A stretch of 32,000 bases of DNA from Psychrobacter sp. DM4 (GTDB lineage: Bacteria; Pseudomonadota; Gammaproteobacteria; Pseudomonadales; Moraxellaceae), in NCBI RefSeq assembly GCF_051307035.1, contig NZ_CP195536.1, positions 1,530,001 through 1,562,000 on the forward strand, in the 5' to 3' direction. Made by a program: the position numbers and the translations under genes. A model generated the notes under the pieces. It did no database searches. It was not told the origin of the DNA and saw nothing but the letters and a program-made list of their open reading frames with translations. This document shows positions 17,857 through 26,242 of this stretch, piece by piece (the first letter of the stretch is position 1; each line of letters starts with the position of its first letter).

Positions 17857-18720
17857 GTGAACAAGCCTGCTTTTTCTTTTGAGTTCTTCCCTGCCAAAAC
17901 GGAGTTAGGACACGAGAAGCTACTGCGCACTTATGATGAGCTGAACAAGCTTGCGCCCAGCTACTTTTCAGTGACTTATGGCGCTGGCGGTTCGACCCGT
18001 AGTCGCACTTTAGATATTGTCCAAGCATTATGCGTACGCGGTGACACTGATATCGCCCCGCACATGTCTTGTATTGGCGATGACAAAGCTGAGATTGCAG
18101 AACTGCTCGAGCATTACAAAAGCTTGGGAATCAGTCGTCTGGTTGCCCTCCGTGGTGACTTGCCCTCAGGTCAAGTGGGTATGGGCGAGCTGCCGTTTGC
18201 ACTAGATCTAGTCAAATTCATCCGTGAGCACTCAGGCGATCATTTCCATATCGAGGTAGCTGCTTATCCTGAGATGCACCCACAAGCGCGTAGTTTTGAA
18301 TCTGATGTAGATAATCTAGTTCATAAATATTACGCTGGCGCTAACGCGGCTATCACCCAATTCTTTTATAACGCTGATAGCTACTTGTATTTGCGTGATA
18401 CGTTAGAGCGCCGTGGTATCGATACGATAGCTCAACCTTTGGTTGCAGGTATCATGCCAATTACCAATTCTAGCAATCTCATTCGCTTTGCTGATAGCTG
18501 CGGCGCTGATATACCACGCTATGTGCGTAAGCAGCTGGCTGATTTTGGTGATGACAAAAAAGCTATTGGTGAGTTTGGTTTTGATGTAGTACATCGTCTT
18601 TGCGAACGCTTGATCTTGGAGGGCGTACCTGCTATGCATTTTTATAGCATGAATAAAGTTGAGCCTAACAAGCGTTTGGTTGAGTCATTAGGATTGGTAA
18701 CCGCTGTTACTGCTGAGTAA
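17857..18720 (+). CDS. metF: 5,10-methylenetetrahydrofolate reductase
   Basis: 287 aa with FSFEFFPAKT...YFSVTYGAGGSTR...PHMSCIG...LVALRGD...VAAYPEMHP...ITQFFYNAD...HFYSMN. GTG start with a strong GAGGAG RBS, 13 bp after the ahcY stop. Confidence 0.95.
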   Translation: MNKPAFSFEFFPAKTELGHEKLLRTYDELNKLAPSYFSVTYGAGGSTRSRTLDIVQALCVRGDTDIAPHMSCIGDDKAEIAELLEHYKSLGISRLVALRGDLPSGQVGMGELPFALDLVKFIREHSGDHFHIEVAAYPEMHPQARSFESDVDNLVHKYYAGANAAITQFFYNADSYLYLRDTLERRGIDTIAQPLVAGIMPITNSSNLIRFADSCGADIPRYVRKQLADFGDDKKAIGEFGFDVVHRLCERLILEGVPAMHFYSMNKVEPNKRLVESLGLVTAVTAE

Positions 18721-18739
18721 TTAATTATAGTTTTTTATA

Positions 18740-18775
18740 AACTGGTACTCTTATGAGTGCCAGTTTTTTTATTTT
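18740..18775 (+). terminator. Rho-independent terminator after metF
   Basis: AACTGGTACTC / loop TTAT / GAGTGCCAGTT (one G-U pair), followed by a T-run. Confidence 0.75.
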
Positions 18776-18946
18776 TAGGATCTTTGCTCATCAAATGATT
18801 CATAATACTAAGACGTAGAGATGATAAAATCATCTACCTAATAGGTAGCACAACATTTGACTGACTGGTTGCACACCTTTCTCGCTACTCTAAACTAGAT
18901 ACTGCTAACCTTCTTACCGTCAATTATTTAACAAGGATAAATTGCT

Positions 18947-19810
18947 GTGCGACGTTTTTTTTATGCCCTCAGTAATGAAGATACTCAGCAAAAAAAACTA
19001 AGTGAGTTATCTATTGGTCAAAACCTAATGCTAACTGATACGATCACTCATCACTGGTGCCGAGTACTGCGCGCCGATGTTGGTGACGAAGGAATTATTT
19101 TTGATGGTTTTGGCGGTGAGTATCAAGTACAGCTAACCGCTATTAGCAAAAAGCAAGCAACGGCGACCTTGCAATCTTATACCTCTGAAGATCGTAGTGC
19201 AGGTATAACGAGCAAAATTGCCTTAGTCATGAGTCGCGGCGATCGTATGGACTATGCGATCCAAAAAACTACTGAGCTTGGTGTCACTGCGATTCAATTG
19301 CTAAGTAGCCATCATGGTGAGGTTAACTTAAAACCTGTGCAAGTCGATAAAAAATTAGCGCATTGGCAGCAAATCGCTATCGCCGCTTGCGAGCAGTGTG
19401 GTCTTAATCGACCACCGCTCATATTAGCGCCTATAAGCATAAAAGACTGGCTGGCTCAAAATCATGATAGCAATAGTGCTACTCTAAGCTCTTTAGTATC
19501 CAAGATCAGTCAAGACATCTACTATCAGTCGCTAGCGGGTCAAGCTGATATACGTCTACAGATGAGTGTCCCTACGGCAGGACAACCTGCTATGCCTGAG
19601 ATCCTGCCCCCTGTACTAGCAAAAGAGCGACCTTATGTGGAGCTGTTAATAGGTCCTGAGGGCGGATTGAGTCGAGACGAATGCACACAAGCAGCGCAAG
19701 CAGGTTTCCATCCTTGGCAGCTAGGGTCACGTATCCTTCGTACTGAGACGGCGCCTGTTGTCGCATTGGCAACACTTCAAGCCTTGCGATTGGTTATACC
19801 TACGATATAA
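18947..19810 (+). CDS. rsmE: 16S rRNA (uracil1498-N3)-methyltransferase
   Basis: 287 aa with MRRFFY...HHWCRVLRADVGDEGIIFDGFGGEYQVQL...KIALVMSRGDRMDYAIQKTTELGV...LLIGPEGGLSRDE...LGSRILRTETAPV. GTG start. Confidence 0.85.
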   Translation: MRRFFYALSNEDTQQKKLSELSIGQNLMLTDTITHHWCRVLRADVGDEGIIFDGFGGEYQVQLTAISKKQATATLQSYTSEDRSAGITSKIALVMSRGDRMDYAIQKTTELGVTAIQLLSSHHGEVNLKPVQVDKKLAHWQQIAIAACEQCGLNRPPLILAPISIKDWLAQNHDSNSATLSSLVSKISQDIYYQSLAGQADIRLQMSVPTAGQPAMPEILPPVLAKERPYVELLIGPEGGLSRDECTQAAQAGFHPWQLGSRILRTETAPVVALATLQALRLVIPTI

Positions 19811-19955
19811 GTGCAAGACGAATCCCTGCAATTAACATGTTAAGAGTATATACGCCTTTATACTCATATTTTGTTATATAACTAGTGCATTAGACTTATT
19901 ATTGTTTTAAATATTAGTTATACTGACCTAATTGATCTATTGATTTGAGTGTTCT

Positions 19956-21665
19956 ATGGATTCTTTTATACCGCTATCGTCCTCTGACAAACAGCAGTTG
20001 CTCCTACAGTCTTATGAGCAATTTAGTGATGCGGTATCCATACTCGATGCTGATCTTCGCTATTTATCAGTCAATTCAGCTTACCAAAAGCTGATAGGTT
20101 ACGATGAAGATTATTTGGTTGGTCGTCCTTTAGGCATATATACCGCTGAATTCTTGAATGAAGAAGAACGTGTATTACTCAGTAATATACATGAGCGGCT
20201 AAAAAAAGAAGGATTTTATGAAAATGAATTTTCTATGCCTAATCGCTTTAACAAGACTATTGAATGTCATATTACCTATCGTAGAGTCTGCGTCGATGAC
20301 ACGGTATATTACATGGGTATTATTCGAGACATACTACCTGTGATTACTGAAAAAAAATACGTTAATCATCTGCTCAATTACGATCAATTGACCAATCTAC
20401 CCAACCGCAAAGTTTTTTTGAGTACGATGAGTGAGTTACTCATAGACAGCTATCAAGAGATTGTAGTAGCCCGTCTCAATATTGACCGCTACCGGATGCT
20501 CGCTAATACTTTGGGACCTAAAGGAATTGAGAGTTTAATAAAAGATTTTGTTTTTAGAGTACAATCACTTGAGTTCAAAAACCTATATAGTTTTTCGCAC
20601 TTTGGCGGTGATGACTTTGCTCTATTGTTTGAGTACTCTGACGCGCAGTTGGTGCGTAATGAGCTTGATATTTTAATGCAAATGTGTGAGCGGCCCTTTG
20701 TCAGTGTTGATGAGAACTCAAAAAAAATCTCTATTTATTGTCACATCTCTGTTGGCGTAAGCTACTATCCTGAACAGGGTAATCAGATTACAGATCTGTT
20801 GATCAAAGCTGAAAAAGCGTTGCAATATACCAAGCAAAACGGCGGCGATGACATAAGCTGGTATGATAAATCTATTAATACTGCGGCTACTGATAGTTTG
20901 CTACTAGAGTCAGAGCTGCGCTTGGCTATTCACGATAGCCAATTAATGCCCTTTTATCAGCCTAAAGTTGAGTTGGACACAGGTGCTATCGTAGGGTTTG
21001 AAGCATTAGTACGCTGGCAGCATCCTACTCGGGGTTTACTCAAACCCATAGAGTTTATGGATGCGATTATCAATCATAAACTCTCATTTGAGCTGTTTTC
21101 TCAAATGATAACCCAGATTACAAAGCAGCTTTCTAAATGGCGAAAATTAGGATGTTGTCAACATATCAGCGTCAATGCTGATGTTGCAGAGTTTGGTCAT
21201 CCGCATTTTTTCTCTATAGTAGATCGTCTATTAAAAGATAACAACGTCCATTCACATCAGCTCCATATCGAGATGACAGAATCTTCTTTGATTCAGCGCC
21301 ATGCCAATGTACAAAATCAGCTCAAAGCCCTTAAAGCATTAGGAATTTGTTTAGCGCTTGATGATTTTGGTACCGGTTATGCCTCTTTAAGTTATCTACA
21401 AGACTATCCTTTTGACTTTATCAAAATAGATAAAAGCTTTATTTCACAAATAGAGACCAGTGGTACACAGCGTGCCATCGTAAAAGCAATTTTAGATCTG
21501 GCAGCGGCGCTTGATCTACAAGTCGTCGCAGAAGGTATCGAAACTGAGCAGCAGCGCAACTTGATACAACAAATGGGTTGCAAATATGCACAAGGATATT
21601 GGTTTGGAAAAGCAGTATCCGCCGATGTAGCCACCAAAGTACTCACCCATCAGTATCAACCCTAA
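19956..21665 (+). CDS. PAS-GGDEF-EAL signalling protein; likely c-di-GMP phosphodiesterase with a degenerate GGDEF domain
   Basis: 569 aa. PAS-like N-terminus (AVSILDADLRYLSVNSAYQKLIGYDEDYLVGRPL). GGDEF-domain onset at LTNLPNRKVF, with the signature degenerate as GGDDF. The EAL domain has YQPKV...FEALVRWQHP, EMTES, LDDFGTGYASLSYL, IKIDKSF, AEGIETEQQ and QGYWFGKA. Confidence 0.9.
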   Translation: MDSFIPLSSSDKQQLLLQSYEQFSDAVSILDADLRYLSVNSAYQKLIGYDEDYLVGRPLGIYTAEFLNEEERVLLSNIHERLKKEGFYENEFSMPNRFNKTIECHITYRRVCVDDTVYYMGIIRDILPVITEKKYVNHLLNYDQLTNLPNRKVFLSTMSELLIDSYQEIVVARLNIDRYRMLANTLGPKGIESLIKDFVFRVQSLEFKNLYSFSHFGGDDFALLFEYSDAQLVRNELDILMQMCERPFVSVDENSKKISIYCHISVGVSYYPEQGNQITDLLIKAEKALQYTKQNGGDDISWYDKSINTAATDSLLLESELRLAIHDSQLMPFYQPKVELDTGAIVGFEALVRWQHPTRGLLKPIEFMDAIINHKLSFELFSQMITQITKQLSKWRKLGCCQHISVNADVAEFGHPHFFSIVDRLLKDNNVHSHQLHIEMTESSLIQRHANVQNQLKALKALGICLALDDFGTGYASLSYLQDYPFDFIKIDKSFISQIETSGTQRAIVKAILDLAAALDLQVVAEGIETEQQRNLIQQMGCKYAQGYWFGKAVSADVATKVLTHQYQP

Positions 21666-22010
21666 AATTACCTGTTATAAGTCAAGTCAATATCCCCTAA
21701 CTTTAACGCCTGCCTATTAGTTTAACTTCAAGTAACAAACAGACAGGTGTCGTTATTCTTTAGCTTTGCTTGATTTGTTGATGCAAGATAGGTTGATGAC
21801 TTATGAGTATTATGACCAAACTTGTATAATTATCCTCGAACGCCTATCTTTTAGACTGGGTATAGAGATACTGTGATTTTCGATCTACTATTTAATATAG
21901 CTAACCTCGATCATGACCGACATAATGTCTTATCAGTCATCCGCTGACCCTCAAAACTTAGGTGACTGTTGTCGACCGCCAACCGCCCTATTCCAACAAA
22001 GGACACTACT

Positions 22011-23804
22011 ATGCAATATGTAGCACCATTACGTGACATGCAGTTTGTTATGCATGAGCTTTTAGACAGCACGACTCATTATCAAAAACTAGGCGAATAT
22101 GCTCATATCGAAGCGGACATCGTCAATAGCTACCTAGAAACCGCAGCAAGTTTTGCTGAAAATGAATTGTCGCCTCTTAATCAAAGCGGTGATGCTGAAG
22201 GATGTCACTTTGAAAATGGTGAAGTCACTACGCCAAAAGGCTTTAAAGAAGCCTATAAGCAGTACTGCGAACTTGGTTTTACCTCTTTGACCGCAGAAGA
22301 AGAGTTTGGTGGTCAAAACATGCCCCTGTCACTTAATTCAGCAATTTCTGAATTTATGGGTACGGCTAACTGGTCATTTGGTATGTATCCTGGGTTGTCT
22401 GAGGGCTGTGTGGCTACTCTTGAGCATCATGGTACTGATGAGCAAAAGCAAAAGTACCTTCCAAGCCTCGTTGAAGGCATTTGGACGGGCGTTATGTGTT
22501 TGACTGAGCCTCAGTGCGGCTCTGATCTAAACTTAGTGCGCACCAAAGCTGAGCCTCAAGAGGATGGCAGCTACAGTATTAGAGGAAGCAAGATCTGGAT
22601 ATCAGCAGGCGAGCATGACATGTCTGACAATATCATTCATATCGTTCTAGCCCGCCTACCTAATGCCCCAGAGGGTACCAAAGGATTATCACTATTTGTT
22701 GTTCCTAAGTTTATGGTCAATGATGATGGTAGCGTTGGCAAGCGTAATGCTGTCACTTGCGGGTCCATTGAGCACAAAATGGGTATCAAAGCCTCAGCGA
22801 CTTGTGTCATGAACTATGATGGCGCGACTGGGTTTTTGATCGGTGAAGAAAACCGTGGTCTGAACGTCATGTTCACCTTTATGAATGTCGCTCGTATCGG
22901 TACAGCTATTCAAGGTGTGACCGCCGCTCAGTTCGCTTTTCAAGGTGGCTTAGCATTCGCTAAAGATCGCTTGGCGTTTCGCTCTTTAGACGGTGCCAAA
23001 GCGCCAGAAAAACCAGCTGATCCCATTATCGTGCATCCTGCGGTTCGTGATATGTTACTAACGACCAAAGCCTTTGCTGAAGGTGGACGCGCCCTGATTG
23101 GTTATATGTCTCAGTTCGCTGATATCGTTGCTAAAGGCGAAGGCGAAGCGCAAGAATATGCCAATCAAATGTTGTCATTGTTGACTCCAATTGGTAAAGC
23201 GTTCTTGACTGAAACAGGTCTAGAGGCTGCAGGTCACGGCGTTCAAGTTATGGGCGGTAGCGGTTTTTGTACTGAGTATGGTCTAGAACAAAACGTTCGT
23301 GATTCAACGATCTCATGTATCTATGAAGGTACTACGCAGATTCAATCGCTTGACTTGATTGGCCGTAAAGTACTGGGCTCACAAGGCAAACTACTCGCCA
23401 ACTTCACTAAAGTCATCCAAGACTTCTGTGATGCCAATAAAGACAACGCTGATATGGCGCAGTTCATTGAACCACTTGAGCAGCACATCGCACAATGGGG
23501 TGAGCTGACTACTGAGATTGGTAAGCAAGCTTCGGATAACCCAGAAGCTGTTGGTGCCGCTGCAGTTGATTACATGTACTTTAGCGGTTATGTGACCCAG
23601 GCCTACTTATGGGCACGTATGGCGCTTATTGCACAAACCCAAATCGCTGCTGGCAATAGTGAAAAAGCGTTTTATGACGCCAAAGTCAAAACGGCGCAGT
23701 TCTACTTTGCCAAGCTACTGCCGCGTACTTCAACCTACGCTCAGCGTATTGCGACAGGTAGTGAGCCGTATATGAGCATGGATGTCGAACAGTTCTCGTT
23801 TTAA
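22011..23804 (+). CDS. Long-form acyl-CoA dehydrogenase (about 600 aa, FadE-type with extra N- and C-terminal domains)
   Basis: EEFGGQNMP...MCLTEPQCGSDL...GEHDMSDNIIHIVLARLPNAPEGTKGLSLFVVPKF...IEHKMGIKASATCVMNYD...IYEGTTQIQSLDLIGRKV. The track ORF starts at a TTG at 21969. I prefer the ATG at 22011 (MQYVAPLRDMQF), which has an AAGGA RBS and is colinear with the paralog's start. Confidence 0.9.
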   Translation: MQYVAPLRDMQFVMHELLDSTTHYQKLGEYAHIEADIVNSYLETAASFAENELSPLNQSGDAEGCHFENGEVTTPKGFKEAYKQYCELGFTSLTAEEEFGGQNMPLSLNSAISEFMGTANWSFGMYPGLSEGCVATLEHHGTDEQKQKYLPSLVEGIWTGVMCLTEPQCGSDLNLVRTKAEPQEDGSYSIRGSKIWISAGEHDMSDNIIHIVLARLPNAPEGTKGLSLFVVPKFMVNDDGSVGKRNAVTCGSIEHKMGIKASATCVMNYDGATGFLIGEENRGLNVMFTFMNVARIGTAIQGVTAAQFAFQGGLAFAKDRLAFRSLDGAKAPEKPADPIIVHPAVRDMLLTTKAFAEGGRALIGYMSQFADIVAKGEGEAQEYANQMLSLLTPIGKAFLTETGLEAAGHGVQVMGGSGFCTEYGLEQNVRDSTISCIYEGTTQIQSLDLIGRKVLGSQGKLLANFTKVIQDFCDANKDNADMAQFIEPLEQHIAQWGELTTEIGKQASDNPEAVGAAAVDYMYFSGYVTQAYLWARMALIAQTQIAAGNSEKAFYDAKVKTAQFYFAKLLPRTSTYAQRIATGSEPYMSMDVEQFSF

Positions 23805-23837
23805 TTGATGCCTAGCACGTAATTAGTATATCAATGG

Positions 23838-23872
23838 TCGGCAATCTACTTCGGTAGATTGCCGATTTTTTT
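23838..23872 (+). terminator. Rho-independent terminator after the first acyl-CoA dehydrogenase gene
   Basis: TCGGCAATCTAC / loop TTCG / GTAGATTGCCGA (12-bp perfect stem), followed by T7. Confidence 0.88.
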
Positions 23873-24171
23873 GATCTACGCCGCTGATATGACCCTTGAG
23901 CTTATTGAGGCTACTATGATGCTTCAAGCGAAATAATGCGCTTTTTATGAGTCGCTAATCCTATCTTTTGCTACTGGTATTGTTTATACAAGCGTAGAGG
24001 TAATAATTATAGTCCTTTGATCCATTAGCGCCAGCTGTCTTTACTAGCACTATCGCTATTGCAATGAACCTCATCACTACTCATAAGTATTTATTTAAGC
24101 AATACAAGACCCACTGATAACTTTTAGTGCACACACAATTCACGAACAAATACACAAGTTAATAGGTTAAT

Positions 24172-24188
24172 TTGCTAAACTTTAGCAA
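24172..24188. promoter_or_regulatory. Perfect 17-bp palindrome; candidate operator upstream of the second acyl-CoA dehydrogenase gene
   Basis: TTGCTAAA-C-TTTAGCAA (8+1+8), 83 bp upstream of the ATG at 24271. Confidence 0.35.
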
Positions 24189-24270
24189 CTGATTGTTAAA
24201 GTGAAGTCAACAACATCATTGCTTACTTTAGCTCAATTAACTTTTATATCTACGAATCCAAGGAATGTTT

Positions 24271-26055
24271 ATGTCTGTCTATAATGCCCCGCTTAACGAT
24301 ATGCGCTTCATCTTAACGGATGTATTCAAAGCTCATGAATTTTGGCAAAGTAATGACAGTTTGGCTCATGTTGACATGGAAACTGTCGATATGATTTTAG
24401 AAGAGATGGCGAAATTATCCAAAAACGTTCTACTGCCGATTAATCGTAGCGGTGATGAAGAAGGTGCTACTTTTGAAGGTGATGGTGTGGTTACAACGCC
24501 ATCAGGTTTCAAGGACGCTTATAACCAGTACGCTGAATCAGGCTGGGTTGGTTTGAGTGGTAATCCTGAATATGGCGGTCAAGGTTTTCCAAAAATGGTC
24601 ACTATGCTGACAGAAGAGATGATCTTTACAGCCAACCAGTCTTTTGCCCTCTACCCTAATCTAACGGTTGGTGCTACGCTTTGTATCAATGCTGCCGCAT
24701 CTGATGAGCTCAAAGGGATTTATTTAGAGAAGATGTATGCCGGTGAGTGGTCAGGTACGATGTGCTTGACTGAGCCACATGCTGGTACCGATCTAGGTAT
24801 TATTAAAACCAAAGCCGTTCCAAACGGTGATGGTAGCTATGATGTATCCGGTACTAAAATCTTTATTACTGGCGGTGAGCATGACTTAACCGATAACATC
24901 GTTCATCTAGTACTGGCCAAAACACCAGACGCACCAGAGGGCTCAAAAGGAATCTCATTGTTTGTCGTTCCTAAATTCTTGGTGAACAAAGATGGTAGTT
25001 TGGGTGAGCGTAATACGCTAGCAGTAGGTTCAATTGAGCACAAAATGGGCATAAAAGCTTCAGCAACTTGCGTTATGAACTTTGATAGTGCTAAGGGCTG
25101 GATGGTTGGCGCTGAAAACACGGGTCTATCCTCTATGTTCATCATGATGAACTATGAGCGCGTGACGATGGGTCTACAAGGTTTGGGCGGCTCTGAGCTT
25201 GCGTATCAAAACGCGGCAATTTATGCCAATGATCGTGGTCAAGGCCGTAGTGATACACAGCTTCAAAGCCCTGAAAAACCTGCTGATGCCATTATTCATC
25301 ATGCTGACGTGCGTCGTATGTTATTGAATGCAAAGGCTAACTCTGAGGCGTCACGCTGTTTTGCTATGTATGTCGCCAAAAACTTAGATGCTGAAAAGTT
25401 CAGTAGTGATCCTGAAGTTGCAAAAGCAGCGGCATCTCGTGTTGCGTTACTAACTCCTGTCGCCAAAGCGTTTTTGACTGACAAAGCACTTGAGGCTACT
25501 GTTGATTGCCAGCAAGTATTCGGCGGTCATGGTTATGTACGCGAATGGGGTATGGAACAGATCGTTCGTGATACTCGTATTGCTCAGATCTATGAAGGTA
25601 CTAACGGTATTCAAGCACTTGATTTGCTAGGTCGAAAGGTTGCTCGTAATAACGGTAAATATATCACTCATTTCTTAGGTGAGATTCGTGATTTTGTCAG
25701 TAGCATGCAAGCAGATCATGCGGTTAAGCAAGCCACACTAGACGCTGCTGATAAAATAGAAGCTTTAACTCAAACCGTATTAGCCAATATTGGTGAGCGC
25801 AAAAGTGAGATTAATGGCTGTGCGGTTGACTACATGCATGCCTTTGGTTACTTGTGCTACTCTTATATGTTTGCGATGATGGTTGAAGCTGCTGACGGTA
25901 AAGAAGGTGAGTTTTACACTAATAAAGCAAAACTTGCTGATTATTTTGTTGGTCGTATCTTGCCGCGTATTGATGCTCATGCTCAGATGGTCGAAGCTGG
26001 TAGTGCACCAATGATGAACTTTGATTTAGATTACTTCAATGTCGCTACTAGCTAG
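24271..26055 (+). CDS. Long-form acyl-CoA dehydrogenase, paralog of 22011-23804
   Basis: Colinear with the upstream paralog: MSVYNAPLNDMRF vs MQYVAPLRDMQF; MCLTEPHAGTDL; GEHDLTDNIVHLVLAKTPDAPEGSKGISLFVVPKF; IEHKMGIKASATCVMNFD; IYEGTNGIQALDLLGRKV. The ATG at 24271 has better AGGA spacing than the track start at 24265. Confidence 0.9.
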   Translation: MSVYNAPLNDMRFILTDVFKAHEFWQSNDSLAHVDMETVDMILEEMAKLSKNVLLPINRSGDEEGATFEGDGVVTTPSGFKDAYNQYAESGWVGLSGNPEYGGQGFPKMVTMLTEEMIFTANQSFALYPNLTVGATLCINAAASDELKGIYLEKMYAGEWSGTMCLTEPHAGTDLGIIKTKAVPNGDGSYDVSGTKIFITGGEHDLTDNIVHLVLAKTPDAPEGSKGISLFVVPKFLVNKDGSLGERNTLAVGSIEHKMGIKASATCVMNFDSAKGWMVGAENTGLSSMFIMMNYERVTMGLQGLGGSELAYQNAAIYANDRGQGRSDTQLQSPEKPADAIIHHADVRRMLLNAKANSEASRCFAMYVAKNLDAEKFSSDPEVAKAAASRVALLTPVAKAFLTDKALEATVDCQQVFGGHGYVREWGMEQIVRDTRIAQIYEGTNGIQALDLLGRKVARNNGKYITHFLGEIRDFVSSMQADHAVKQATLDAADKIEALTQTVLANIGERKSEINGCAVDYMHAFGYLCYSYMFAMMVEAADGKEGEFYTNKAKLADYFVGRILPRIDAHAQMVEAGSAPMMNFDLDYFNVATS

Positions 26056-26087
26056 TATTGACTAAGTAGTGAGTACTCGTAAATAAT

Positions 26088-26120
26088 AAAAGGATGGTTC
26101 TAGCGACTGTCCTTTTTTTT
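26088..26120 (+). terminator. Probable rho-independent terminator after the second acyl-CoA dehydrogenase gene
   Basis: AGGATGG / 9-nt loop / CTGTCCT (7 bp including 2 G-U pairs), followed by T8. Confidence 0.5.
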
Positions 26121-26242
26121 GTCTAAAACCGCCTTTAAAAATACTTATTTGCTAACAAAATAATGCAATTTACCAGTCAACTTCGCATTAAAATAGTGAT
26201 AATAATTCACTCACACTCCTATTTTTTTAAAAAGGCTTTAAT

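Noticed and set aside
21969-22010. TTG-initiated 14-codon extension of the first acyl-CoA dehydrogenase
   Set aside because: The ATG at 22011 has an AAGGA RBS and aligns with the paralog's N-terminus.
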